Source: an uncultured Actinomycetes bacterium
Lineage (GTDB): Bacteria; Actinomycetota; Actinomycetes; Streptosporangiales; Streptosporangiaceae
NCBI GenBank assembly: GCA_963822765.1
Contig: CAWGJL010000016.1
Location: 79,158-143,157 of the forward strand
Reading direction: 5' to 3'
DNA length: 64,000 nucleotides
This document shows positions 27,139 to 36,500 of this stretch, in pieces. Each line of letters opens with the position of its first letter. The stretch's first letter is position 1. Position numbers and translations under genes: made by a program. The notes beneath the pieces were generated by a model. The model had not been told where the DNA came from. It saw only the letters and a list, made by a program, of their open reading frames with translations, and did no database searches.

Positions 27139-29599
27139 GGATCTACCCCAACGCGCACGCGTGGTGATCATCGGCGGGGGAGTTATCGGCACCAGCGTCG
27201 CCTACCACCTGGCCCGCCTGGGCTGGACCGATGTGCTCCTGCTCGAGCAGGGCCAGCTGTCCTGCGGCACCACCTGGCACGCGGCCGGCCTGGTCGGCCA
27301 GCTGCGCTCCTCGGAGAACGGCACCCGCCTGGTCCAGTACTCCACCGAGCTGTACGAGCGGCTGGAGGCCGAGACCGGCCTGAGCGCGGGATTCCGGCGC
27401 TGCGGCGGGGTCACCGTGGCCCGCACCGCGGACCGGATGACCTACCTGAAGCGGACCGCCGCCACCGCCGAGGCCTTCGAGCTGGAGTGCGAGCTGATCA
27501 GCCCGGAACGGGCCCGCGAGCTCTACCCGGTCATCCGCGCCGATGATCTCGTGGGAGCCCTCTGGCTCCCCGGCGACGGCAAGGCCAACCCCACCGACCT
27601 GACCTTCGCGCTGGCCCGCGGCGCCCGGGACCACGGCGTCACCATCCGCGAGCGAACCCGCGTCACCGGTGTCCTGACCAAGGACGGCGCGGTGGCCGGC
27701 GTCCGCACCGACGCCGGCGACGTCGAGGCCGAATTCGTGGTCAACTGCGCCGGCCAGTGGGCCAAGGCGGTCGGCGCGCTGGCCGGGGTGACCGTGCCGC
27801 TGCACTCGGCCGAGCACTTCTACGTGGTCACCGAGCAGGTCGACGGGGTGCACCGGGACCTGCCCGTGCTGCGTGACCAGGACGGCTACATCTACGTCAA
27901 GGAAGAGGTCGGCGGCCTGCTGGTCGGCGGTTTCGAGCCGGTGGCCAAGCCGTGGGTCTCGCCCGACGCGCTGCCCTACCCGTTCGAATTCCAGCTGCTC
28001 GAGGAGGACTGGGACCACTTCTCGATCCTGATGGAGAACGGGATCACCCGGATCCCGGCGCTCGCCGAGACCGGCATCAAGAAGTTCTACAACGGCCCGG
28101 AGAGTTTCACCCCGGACGGCCAGTTCATCCTGGGCGAGGCGGCGGAGCTGCGGAACTTCTTCGTGGCCGCGGGCTTCAACTCCTTCGGCATCGCGTCCGC
28201 GGGCGGCGCGGGCCGGGCGCTGGCGCAGTGGATCACCGAGGGCGAGCCGGGCATGGACCTGTCCGCGGTCGACATCCGGCGCTTCGCCGCCTTCAACGGC
28301 AACAGCCAGTGGCTGCACGACCGGGTCGGCGAGGTCCTGGGCCTGCACTACGCCATTCCATGGCCGAACCGCGAGCTCACCACCGCCCGGCCGTTCCGCC
28401 GGTCCCCGGCCTACCATCTGCTCCAGCAGGCCGGCGCCTGCTTCGGCGCCAAGATGGGCTGGGAGCGGGCCAACTTCTTCGCCCCGCGCGGTCAGGACCC
28501 GGTCATCGAGTACGCCTGGGGCCAGCAGAACTGGCAGCCCTACGCCAACGCCGAGCACCGCGCCGCGCGGACCGCGGTCGCCGTCTTCGACCAGACCAGC
28601 TTCTCCAAGTACCTGGTCACCGGGCCGGACGCCGAGCAGGTCCTGCAGTGGCTGTGCACCAACGACGTCGCGGTCGAGCCCGGCCGCACCGTCTACACCG
28701 GCATGCTCAACGCGCGCGGCACCTACGAGGCCGACATCACCGTCACCCGCCTGTCCGCCGAGGAGTTCCTCCTGGTCAGCAGCTCGGCCAGCACCGAACG
28801 CGACCAGGACCACATCCGCAGGCGGATCCCCGCGGGCGCGCACGCGTCGCTGGTCGACGTCACCTCCGGCTACGCCGTCTACGGCGTCATGGGCCCGCGC
28901 TCCCGGGACCTGCTGTCCCGCCTGTCCCGCGCCGACTTCGGCGACGAGGCGTTCCCGTTCGGCACCAGCCGCGAGATCGACCTGGGCTACGCCACCGTCC
29001 GCGCCACCCGGATCACCTACGTCGGCGAGCTCGGCTGGGAACTGTACGTCCGCCCCGACTTCGCCGTCGGCGTCTACCAGGACCTGATCGCCGCCGGCGC
29101 CGACCTCGGCCTGGCCAACGCCGGCTACTACGCGATCGAGTCGCTGCGCCTGGAAAAGGCCTACCGCGCCTTCGGCCGCGAGCTGACCCCGGACTACAAC
29201 CCGGTCGAGGCCGGCCTGCTGTTCGCCTGCAAGCTCAAGACCGCGATCGGGTTCCTCGGCCGCGAAGCGGTCGAGAAGGCCCGCGCCGAGGGTTCCCCCC
29301 GCCGCCTGATCTCCCTCGTCCTCGACGATCCCGCCGCCATGATCTGGGGCGGCGAGCTAGTCCTGGCCGACGGCCAAGCCGTCGGCCAGGTCACCTCCGG
29401 CGCCTGGTGCGACACCCTAGCCACCTGCGCAGCCCTGGCCTACATCCGCCACCCCGCCGGCCTCCCCCTAACCCCCGACCACATCCGCAGCGCCCGCTAC
29501 CAGATCAACGTAGGCGGCCACCTCCACCCCGCCACCCCCCACCTCCGCCCCCCCTTCGACCCCCCAAGCCTCCGCGTCCAAGGCCGCTACGACATCTAG
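27131..29599 (+). CDS. FAD-dependent oxidoreductase fused to a GcvT/aminomethyltransferase folate-binding domain (dimethylglycine/sarcosine dehydrogenase family)
   Basis: N-terminal VVIIGGGVIGTSVAYHLA (DAO domain). C-terminal GcvT-like TYVGELGWELY...YYAIESLRLEKAY. 822 aa. Confidence 0.9.
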   Translation: MTEDLPQRARVVIIGGGVIGTSVAYHLARLGWTDVLLLEQGQLSCGTTWHAAGLVGQLRSSENGTRLVQYSTELYERLEAETGLSAGFRRCGGVTVARTADRMTYLKRTAATAEAFELECELISPERARELYPVIRADDLVGALWLPGDGKANPTDLTFALARGARDHGVTIRERTRVTGVLTKDGAVAGVRTDAGDVEAEFVVNCAGQWAKAVGALAGVTVPLHSAEHFYVVTEQVDGVHRDLPVLRDQDGYIYVKEEVGGLLVGGFEPVAKPWVSPDALPYPFEFQLLEEDWDHFSILMENGITRIPALAETGIKKFYNGPESFTPDGQFILGEAAELRNFFVAAGFNSFGIASAGGAGRALAQWITEGEPGMDLSAVDIRRFAAFNGNSQWLHDRVGEVLGLHYAIPWPNRELTTARPFRRSPAYHLLQQAGACFGAKMGWERANFFAPRGQDPVIEYAWGQQNWQPYANAEHRAARTAVAVFDQTSFSKYLVTGPDAEQVLQWLCTNDVAVEPGRTVYTGMLNARGTYEADITVTRLSAEEFLLVSSSASTERDQDHIRRRIPAGAHASLVDVTSGYAVYGVMGPRSRDLLSRLSRADFGDEAFPFGTSREIDLGYATVRATRITYVGELGWELYVRPDFAVGVYQDLIAAGADLGLANAGYYAIESLRLEKAYRAFGRELTPDYNPVEAGLLFACKLKTAIGFLGREAVEKARAEGSPRRLISLVLDDPAAMIWGGELVLADGQAVGQVTSGAWCDTLATCAALAYIRHPAGLPLTPDHIRSARYQINVGGHLHPATPHLRPPFDPPSLRVQGRYDI

Positions 29600-29839
29600 C
29601 CTCCGTCAGCTCGCCGCCGAGGTGGGCTTACCAGCGCCGAACGGCTTCCAGGTCCGCGGCGTCGGTGCAGCCGGCGTCGGTGACGCCGTCGCGATCTGCG
29701 CCTGGTTGGCCGCCGCGCTCTCCTGGCTCTCCGGGGTTCTCGCCCGCTTCCCGCCGAACATGGCCTGGAGCTCGGTGAAGAACACGGTCTGCGGCTGCTT
29801 GAAGCTGTACCCGTTCCTGGCCATGCACGTGACCCAGGC

Positions 29840-30529
29840 GTGGGTGGCACGCCGCTGGCCTCGCTGCGCGCCAACGCCGAGCTCTACCAGCAGGGCGCGC
29901 TGCGCGGACCCGACGAGGTCGACGAGGTGATGGACCGGATCGTGCTGGAGACCCGGCGCATGGGCCGGCTGGTCGACGACATGCTGCGGCTGGCCCGCCT
30001 CGGCCAGCATCCCGGCCAGTCGTGCGAGCCGGTCGACATGACCGCCGTGGTCGCCGGGTGCGCGGAGCGGGCCCGGATCGCCGACCCCGCCCGGACCTGG
30101 CAGGTGCGGATCGCCGGCGGCCTGGCCACGGTCGGCGACGAGGAACTGCTGCGCCGCGCGGTCGACAACCTGCTGACGAACGTGCTCGTGCACACCCCGG
30201 CCGGCACCGCGGGCGTCATCAGCGCGTACCAGACCGGCGGCCAGGTCATCGTCGACGTCAGCGACGACGGTCCGGGCGTTCCGCCCGATCAGCTGCCGCA
30301 CATCTTCGAGCGCTTCTACCGCGGCGCAGCCCGGTCCCGGCGCCCCGGCTCGGGCCTCGGCCTGGCCATCGCCGCCGAGATCGCCGCCGCGCACGGCGGC
30401 CTCGCCTACGCCGCGCCGGGCAGCCCGACGGGCCTGCGGATCACCCTGTCCCTCCCGGTCGACGGCCGCCCGGCCCACGACCCGGACCCGTACGCCGGCC
30501 AACGCGACCTAGCCGCCACCATCGGATGA
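29840..30529 (+). pseudogene. 5'-truncated sensor histidine kinase fragment
   Basis: Begins inside the H-box (..TPLASLRANAEL, the phospho-His residue itself is missing) and continues through N/G boxes LLTNVLVHTP, DDGPGVP, GSGLGLAIA. No TM/HAMP region, and an in-frame stop lies at 29810. Confidence 0.7.
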
Positions 30530-30553
30530 GCCCGGCTCGAGGCCGCAAGCGGC

Positions 30554-31111
30554 TCAGCCCGCGCTGACTTCCGGACCCAGCACGTCCGCGGTGGTCAGCG
30601 TCCCGGCTCGGGGCGCCCGCGCGGTGGCCCTCCGCGCCTTGGCGGCCAGGATGCCGGTCCGGCCGAGCAGCATCGCGATCGACACGAAGATGAGGCTGTC
30701 GGTCAGCGCGCCCACGCTGACCTGGTTGGCCACCAGCCAGCTGCCGAGCTGGTCGCTGAAGATGTGGCTGGCCCCGTACGTGAAGTAGATCCGGCCCGCT
30801 ACCACGACCACCCAGACCAGGGCGTACGGCAGGCCCGCCCACGACACGGCGCGCCGCGCCTGGCCGTCGTACGCGACATGCAGGAACGACCCGGCCAGTG
30901 CGCCCAGGACCACTCCGGCCGCCAGCCCGGCAATCTCCAGGAGCAGCCCGTTGCCCGAGGACGCGGCGCCCTTGAAGAAGAACGGGATGATGATCGCCGC
31001 GGCGATGACCGGTCGCAGCAGCCGCATCACGGTGACCTTGCGCCGACCGAGGTCGGCGGCCAGCACGATGCCCAGGATGACCAGGTTGAGAATCCAGACG
31101 CTCGCGTCCAC
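30554..31111 (-). CDS. Hypothetical integral membrane protein (about 5 TM)
   Basis: 185 aa, high GC3, hydrophobic segments [17 protein letters not shown] and AAIIIPFFF. Family not recognised. Confidence 0.6.
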   Translation of the reverse strand: MDASVWILNLVILGIVLAADLGRRKVTVMRLLRPVIAAAIIIPFFFKGAASSGNGLLLEIAGLAAGVVLGALAGSFLHVAYDGQARRAVSWAGLPYALVWVVVVAGRIYFTYGASHIFSDQLGSWLVANQVSVGALTDSLIFVSIAMLLGRTGILAAKARRATARAPRAGTLTTADVLGPEVSAG

Positions 31112-31160
31112 GCAGCAGGCCCCTTTCAGCTCTGCTTGTCCCGCTCGCCTCCGGGCGCCG

Positions 31161-31230
31161 GCTAGCCGGGTTAGCCCCGGTGAAACCCGATTAGCCCGGT
31201 GATACCCGGTTAACCCTGGTGTAGCCCGTC
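31161..31230. repeat. Seven phased, degenerate decamers T-N-A-N-N-CCCGG
   Basis: gctagccggg ttagccccgg tgaaacccga ttagcccggt gatacccggt taaccctggt gtagcccgtc. About 10-bp periodicity, in the divergent promoter region of the membrane-protein and PadR genes. Confidence 0.55.
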
Positions 31231-31276
31231 GGCTCGCGGTGTCCGTCCCCTTCCGGTATGCCGCCCATAGGATATA

Positions 31277-31289
31277 AGTCGAATCGACT
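31277..31289. promoter_or_regulatory. 13-bp palindrome upstream of the PadR gene (operator candidate)
   Basis: AGTCGA-A-TCGACT, 38 nt upstream of the PadR ATG. Confidence 0.35.
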
Positions 31290-31326
31290 CATCGGAAGAG
31301 AAACCAACCAGGAAGCCGGAGCACGA

Positions 31327-31899
31327 ATGGCATCATCCAGCCCGGTCGGCCGGCCACTGACCGACTTCGAGCAGGTCCTGCTCGGTGTCATCGACAGCGA
31401 GCCGCGCTCCGGGTACGGGCTGAAGAAGATGTTCAACTCCTCGCCTTCCAGCGTTTACCAGCCCAGCCCGGGCGCGCTGTACCCGGCGCTGCGCCGCCTG
31501 GAGGCCCGCGGCCTCCTAAGGGCCGAGAAGATCTCTACCGGCCGTCGCGCCCAGCGCATGTACCACGTGACCGACGCCGGCCACGCCGCCCACGTGGACT
31601 GGCTGCGCCAGCCGGTCATCCCGGCCACCGTCGGTGCCGACCTCGGCCTGCACCTGATGCGCTTCGCCCTGATGGAGGACCGCCTGCCCCGCGCCGCCAT
31701 CCGAGCCTTCCTCGAAGACCTGGAAAACGCGCTGGACACCTTCGTGACCGCCATGGAGCAGTACCTCGCCTCCGGCGTCCAGTCCGGCCGCCCGCACGCC
31801 GAGCTGGCCATCAAGCACGGCATCGCCGTCCACCGCGCCAGCCTGGACTGGACCCGCTCCGCCCTAGCCGCCCTGTCGCAGACCCCGGTCCCCAGCTAA
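31327..31899 (+). CDS. PadR-family transcriptional regulator
   Basis: SGYGLKKMF...GALYPALRRLEARGLL...RRAQRMYHVT (PadR wHTH). Confidence 0.85.
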   Translation: MASSSPVGRPLTDFEQVLLGVIDSEPRSGYGLKKMFNSSPSSVYQPSPGALYPALRRLEARGLLRAEKISTGRRAQRMYHVTDAGHAAHVDWLRQPVIPATVGADLGLHLMRFALMEDRLPRAAIRAFLEDLENALDTFVTAMEQYLASGVQSGRPHAELAIKHGIAVHRASLDWTRSALAALSQTPVPS

Positions 31900-31961
31900 T
31901 CCCGCGCCCAACACCATCCCCACCCGCCTCACCACGCGCTGCCAGACCTGGCCGCTCTCAC

Positions 31962-32009
31962 GATCGTGGACCGTTACTGGCGTGATAGCACCAGTAACGG
32001 TCCACGATC
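31962..32009. terminator. 19-bp perfect-stem hairpin between convergent PadR and crotonase genes
   Basis: gatcgtggaccgttactgg (31962-31980), 10-nt loop, ccagtaacggtccacgatc (31991-32009). Overlaps the last 12 codons of the crotonase ORF. Confidence 0.6.
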
Positions 32010-32888
32010 ATGGTTTCGACGTGCGCTCAGTCGAAGTTGTTCTTCCGGCCCTCCCGCACGTAGTCGACGGTTGAAGCAATGTGCTGCGTAACCGTGTACG
32101 GCCCGCTTCTTCGCGATGTGACCGAACATCTGGATGCCGAACCCTCCGTCCAGGTCGTTCACGATCCGCTGCTTCCACGGCCGCCGGACGATCTGCGTGG
32201 TCAGCCGGCGCACCGTCCGCGGCTGGGTCATGATGTGACCGGCGATCTCGTACGCGCGAGGAATCAGCTGGTCCCGGGGTACCACCTCGTTGACCATGCC
32301 CCACTCCAGAGCCTGCTGGGCGGTGATCGCCTCGCCGGTCAGCAGCGCGTAGGCGGCGCGCTTGACCCCGAGCAGCTCCTGGAACGCGTTGTGGATCCCG
32401 TCGGCGGGCACCGACCCGATGTCGTAGTGCAGGTCGAACAGGACCGCGTCCGACGCGGCCAGCGTGATATCGCACATCAGCACGATCTCGGAGTGGAACC
32501 CGGGCCCGTTGAGCAGCCCGATGGTCGGGATTTCCACGTCGTTGACCAGCGCGCTGACGTTGATGCGCCCGTCCTTGTACGCGTACTCGTAGGCCCAGTA
32601 CTCCATGTCGGCCTCCTCCAGGGCGAAACCCGAAGGATCGGACGCCATCATGAAGTCCGGCCCCGTCCCGGTCAGGATGAGCACCTCGTTCGATGGGTCC
32701 GCGCCGACCGTCTTGAGCATCTGCCCGACCGACCGGTGGTTCTGCACGCTGAGCTGGACCGGACCCCCAAGCGTGTGCGCGGCCACCAGCAGCACGCCGT
32801 CGTCCCGGCGCTCCATCCGGTAGAAGTCCTTGAACGCCTCCCGGTACTCCTCGAACCGCGGCGTGGGCACGAATTCCTGCAGCGACAT
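31974..32888 (-). CDS. Crotonase-superfamily protein (enoyl-CoA hydratase/isomerase family, resembles 6-oxocamphor-hydrolase-type members)
   Basis: EVLILTGTGPDF and NGPGFHSEIVLMCDITLAA. The overall pattern recalls beta-diketone hydrolase-like crotonases. There is an unusual C-terminal extension of about 40 aa. Confidence 0.7.
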   Translation of the reverse strand: MSLQEFVPTPRFEEYREAFKDFYRMERRDDGVLLVAAHTLGGPVQLSVQNHRSVGQMLKTVGADPSNEVLILTGTGPDFMMASDPSGFALEEADMEYWAYEYAYKDGRINVSALVNDVEIPTIGLLNGPGFHSEIVLMCDITLAASDAVLFDLHYDIGSVPADGIHNAFQELLGVKRAAYALLTGEAITAQQALEWGMVNEVVPRDQLIPRAYEIAGHIMTQPRTVRRLTTQIVRRPWKQRIVNDLDGGFGIQMFGHIAKKRAVHGYAAHCFNRRLRAGGPEEQLRLSARRNHDRGPLLVLSRQ

Positions 32889-32891
32889 GGG

Positions 32892-33923
32892 TCAGTCCTT
32901 TCCCAAACAGGTCACACCGGCGAGTATTCGCCTCCGCCGGCCGCCACCACAGGCACCGCCGGCGGCGCGCCAGAACAGCCAAGCGCAGACCAGATCGTCT
33001 CGACGATCGCGGCGGTGGACAGCCCGTACCGCTCGAACAAGTACGGCGCGTCCCGCGCCCCCTCCGCGAACGTGTCGCGCAGCCCGACCCGGCGCAGCGG
33101 GCAGCCCACCCCGGCCTCGGCCATCGTCTCGGCCACCGCCGATCCAAGCCCGCCGATGATCGAGTGGTTCTCGGCCGTGACCACCAGCCGCACCGAAGGC
33201 GGCGATGCGGCGGCCAGCACCCCAGCTGTATCCAGCGGCTTGATCACCGGCACGTTGATCACCGACACGGACACGCCGCCCGCGCCCAGCGCTCGCGAGG
33301 CGGCGAGCGCGGCGGCCAGCATCATCCCGCTGGCGAACAGCGCCACGTCCGTACCAGCACACCACCACCGACGCCCGGTCCAGCCGAAGCGCATGGTCCG
33401 AGGAGAAGATCACCGGGATCTCCCCGCGCTTGAGCCGCACGTACACCGGCCCCGGCACGTCGGCCACCAAGGCTGGCACCTGCCGCGTCTCGACCGCGTC
33501 GGCCACGTCCACCACCGTCATGTTCGGCAGTGCCCGCATCAGCGCCACGTCGTCGGTGGCCTGGTGCGACGGACCGCCCGGCGTCGACACACCCGGCATG
33601 AACCCGATGATCCGCACCGGCAGGTTCGGGTAGGCGATCGCGTTGGCGATCTGGTCGTAGGGCCGCCGGGTGGCGAACACCCCGAAGGTATGCACGAACG
33701 GGACGAAGCCGCACCGGGCCAGCGCCCCGGCCATGCCCATCATGTTCGCCTCGGCCATCCCGCCGTGGATGAACCGATCCGGGAATTCCGCCTGGAACAG
33801 GTCGACCTCGGTCTGCCTGGTCAGGTCGCCGGAAAGGCAGAGCACGTCAGCGCGCCGCCGGGCCAGTTCGACTAGCGCCCGGCCGTAGGGCTTGACCTCC
33901 ACCCGGTACGGCGGCTCACGCAC
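32892..33923 (-). pseudogene. Transketolase C-terminal subunit, apparent frameshift
   Basis: Frame 1 reads FIHGGMAEANMMGMAGALA and GPSHQATDDVALMRALPNM up to ..LDRASVVV. Frame 2 (ORF 32912-33394) continues AGTDVALFASGMML...INVPVIKPLD...TAENHSIIGGLGSAVAE. The switch is near 33355-33365. Confidence 0.75.
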
Positions 33924-34716
33924 GCAGCGCCTCCAGCTTCCCGGTCAGCTCGGCGACCGCCACTGCTACCAGCGACGGCGGCAGCTTGATGAAGTGCCCG
34001 TCCGCGTCCGCGGGCAGGCAGTCCAGCCCGTGCCGGGTCGAGGTCCGGCACACCAGGACGCTCGGCCGCCCCCGCTCCGAACCCGCCGCGGCCAGCGCAG
34101 CAGACACCCCCGCCACGTCGTGCCCGTCCAGCTCAGCGACGCTCCACCCGAACGCCGACCACTTATCCGCGATCGGCTCGAGCGTGGTGATCGAATCGAC
34201 CGGCCCGTCCACCTGCGAGTTGTTCGCGTCCAGCAGCACCACGAGCCGGTCCAGCCGGTGGTGCGCGGCGAACAGCGCGGCCTCCCAGACCTGCCCCTCC
34301 TCCAGTTCCCCGTCGCTGACCATGGCGAAGACCCGCGCGTCCGAGCCGCGGAACCGGTCGGCCAGCGCGAACCCCAGCGCCGCGGACAGCCCCTGGCCGA
34401 GCGACCCGCACGTGTAGTCCACCACCGGCGAGCGCTCGGTGCCGATCGCCTCGAACACCGACCCGTTCTGCCCGTACCCGGACACGGTGGCCAGCCCGAG
34501 CTCGGCCGCGGCCGCGAACGGCCCGATGATGTAGTGCCCGGGCGAGCACACGATCCGGTCCACCCCGGGCCGCGCGGCGCCGAACACCGCGGCCACCTGC
34601 TCCGCGGACGACAGCGCCTGTCCCAGATACCCGAACCCCTGCGGCGCCACCATCCGCACCGCCCGCAAGCGGATCCGCAGCGCCAGCTCCCGCAGATCGA
34701 GCATCTGAGTCATCAC
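33916..34716 (-). CDS. Transketolase N-terminal (TPP-binding) subunit
   Basis: CGSLGQGLSAALGFALA, VSDGELEEGQVWEAALFAAHHRLDRLVVLLDAN. Confidence 0.85.
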   Translation of the reverse strand: MMTQMLDLRELALRIRLRAVRMVAPQGFGYLGQALSSAEQVAAVFGAARPGVDRIVCSPGHYIIGPFAAAAELGLATVSGYGQNGSVFEAIGTERSPVVDYTCGSLGQGLSAALGFALADRFRGSDARVFAMVSDGELEEGQVWEAALFAAHHRLDRLVVLLDANNSQVDGPVDSITTLEPIADKWSAFGWSVAELDGHDVAGVSAALAAAGSERGRPSVLVCRTSTRHGLDCLPADADGHFIKLPPSLVAVAVAELTGKLEALRA

Positions 34717-34795
34717 ACCGCATTATGCACGTTAGGCCGGGCACCGCCGGGGTACGCGCCCTGAACCTAACCGGAACGGAAGGAGGGGCGGTCGC

Positions 34796-35227
34796 ATGGA
34801 ACGTTCAAGCATCCATGATCAGGAGCACTCGACCGGCGAACTCGTCAAGATGATGTCCGAACAGGTCAGCGTGCTCATCCGCGATGAGCTCAAGCTTGCC
34901 CAGCTGGAGATGACCAGCAAGGGCAAGCAGGCCGCGCTCGGCGCGGGGATGTTCGGGGCCAGCGGCGTGGTGGCTGTCTACGGCGTGGGCTGCCTGCTGG
35001 CGTGCGCGATCATCGCCCTGGCCGGCGTGCTGGCGGCGTGGCTGGCTGCGCTCATCGTGGGCGTGGCCTTGCTCGCCGCCGCGGGCTGCGTCACGCTGAT
35101 GGGCAGACAGCGGCTACGGAAGGCCGCGCCGCTAGTACCCGAGCAAACCGTGGCCAGCGTCAAGGCCGACGTCGACGAAATCAGGACCGAGATCAGGAAC
35201 GAGAACAAGGACAGGACGCATCCATGA
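34796..35227 (+). CDS. Actinobacterial Holin-X (holin superfamily III / DUF1469-like) membrane protein
   Basis: LVKMMSEQVSVLIRDELKLAQLEM..KGKQAALGAGMFG followed by two TM helices. Confidence 0.75.
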   Translation: MERSSIHDQEHSTGELVKMMSEQVSVLIRDELKLAQLEMTSKGKQAALGAGMFGASGVVAVYGVGCLLACAIIALAGVLAAWLAALIVGVALLAAAGCVTLMGRQRLRKAAPLVPEQTVASVKADVDEIRTEIRNENKDRTHP

Positions 35228-35535
35228 CCACACCCGAATCCCGGCAGGAGATCGAGCAGGAGATCGAGCAGACCCGGGAGCGACTCGGCGCGACCGTGGA
35301 AGAACTGGCCGCCAGGGCCGACGTAAAGGCCCGGGCCCAGGAGAAGGCCGCCGAGGTGAAGGCCGGGGCACAGGCCAGGGCCGCGGCGGCATCCGGGCGG
35401 GTCAAGGCTGAGCTCACCGCCCTGCCAGGGCGCGCGCGGCGCAGCCCGCTGGTCCAGCGCCGCTGGCCGCTCGCGGTGGCCGCCGGCGTCGTGGCGGTCG
35501 GCGCGGTGATCGTCTGGCGGTGGCGGAAGGCATGA
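35224..35535 (+). CDS. DUF3618-like protein
   Basis: [25 protein letters not shown] plus a C-terminal TM helix. ATGA overlaps with both neighbours. Confidence 0.7.
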   Translation: MTTPESRQEIEQEIEQTRERLGATVEELAARADVKARAQEKAAEVKAGAQARAAAASGRVKAELTALPGRARRSPLVQRRWPLAVAAGVVAVGAVIVWRWRKA

Positions 35536-36500
35536 CCGCGATCCCGCCGCAGAACGAGATCTCGGGCGGTCCGCGGACACCGCTCGAGCTGGGCGGGACC
35601 GGGTGGAAGAACACGATCAAGCGCACCGGGAAGAAGTTCGTCCGCGACCGCTGCAGCCTGACCGCCGGGAGCCTGGCCTATCACTGGTTCCTGGCCCTGT
35701 TCCCGGCGCTCATCGCCCTGCTCGGGGTGGCGAGCCTGGTGCACATCGGGTCCGCCGGTCTGCACCGGCTGGTCAACGGCCTGAACCAGGTCCTGCCGCC
35801 GGGGGCTTCGACGGTGTTCAGCGAGGCCGTCCAGTCGGCCGTGAAGCGCTCGTCGTCCGGTGCGCATGCGGCCCTGATCATCGGCCTGGTCGTCGCGGTG
35901 TGGAGCGCGTCCAGCGGCATGGCCGCGCTGGAAACCGGGCTCGACATCGCCTATGAGGTCCCGGTCGACCGCAAGTTCCTGGTCAAGCGCCTCTACGCGG
36001 TCCCGCTCATGCTGGCCACGGCAGTCGCCGGCGGCGTCGCCTCGGCGCTGCTCGTGTTCGGCCCCGAGATCGGAAAGGTGATCGAGGGCCACGTCGGAAT
36101 GGCCGGGACCGCGTTCATCGTCGCCTGGACGATCGTGCGCTGGGCCGCGACCGTCGTCCTGGTCACGCTGTTGTTCTCCGTCTACTACTTCTTCGGGCCC
36201 AACCGCGAGACACCGCGCTGGCGATGGGTAAGCCCGGGCGGGATCCTCGGCACGGTCATCTTCCTGCTCGCCTCGCTCGGCTTCTCGTTCTACGTGAAGA
36301 GCTCCGGCTCGTACGCCAAGACCTACGGGGCGTTCGCCGGAGTGGTCATCCTGATTTTCTGGCTCTACCTGGCCGGCCTGGCGGTCCTGCTCGGCGCCGA
36401 GCTGAACGCCGAAACCGAACGCCAGGCCGCCGCGCAAGCCGCTGACCCCGACCGAGCGACCCGCTCAGGGCGCGCCCAGGGCGATCTCGATGCCGCCTGA
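35532..36500 (+). CDS. YihY/BrkB-family membrane protein
   Basis: [31 protein letters not shown] and [22 protein letters not shown]. Confidence 0.85.
   Translation: MTAIPPQNEISGGPRTPLELGGTGWKNTIKRTGKKFVRDRCSLTAGSLAYHWFLALFPALIALLGVASLVHIGSAGLHRLVNGLNQVLPPGASTVFSEAVQSAVKRSSSGAHAALIIGLVVAVWSASSGMAALETGLDIAYEVPVDRKFLVKRLYAVPLMLATAVAGGVASALLVFGPEIGKVIEGHVGMAGTAFIVAWTIVRWAATVVLVTLLFSVYYFFGPNRETPRWRWVSPGGILGTVIFLLASLGFSFYVKSSGSYAKTYGAFAGVVILIFWLYLAGLAVLLGAELNAETERQAAAQAADPDRATRSGRAQGDLDAA

Noticed and set aside
27143-29778. 566-aa minus and 608-aa plus alternative ORFs over the dimethylglycine-dehydrogenase-like gene
   Set aside because: Only the 27131-29599 frame shows the FAD GxGxxG and GcvT motifs. 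The others are Arg/Pro-rich.
34796-35227. Holin-family gene as evidence of a prophage
   Set aside because: No integrase, capsid, tail, terminase or endolysin genes are nearby. The family is a common chromosomal actinobacterial membrane protein.
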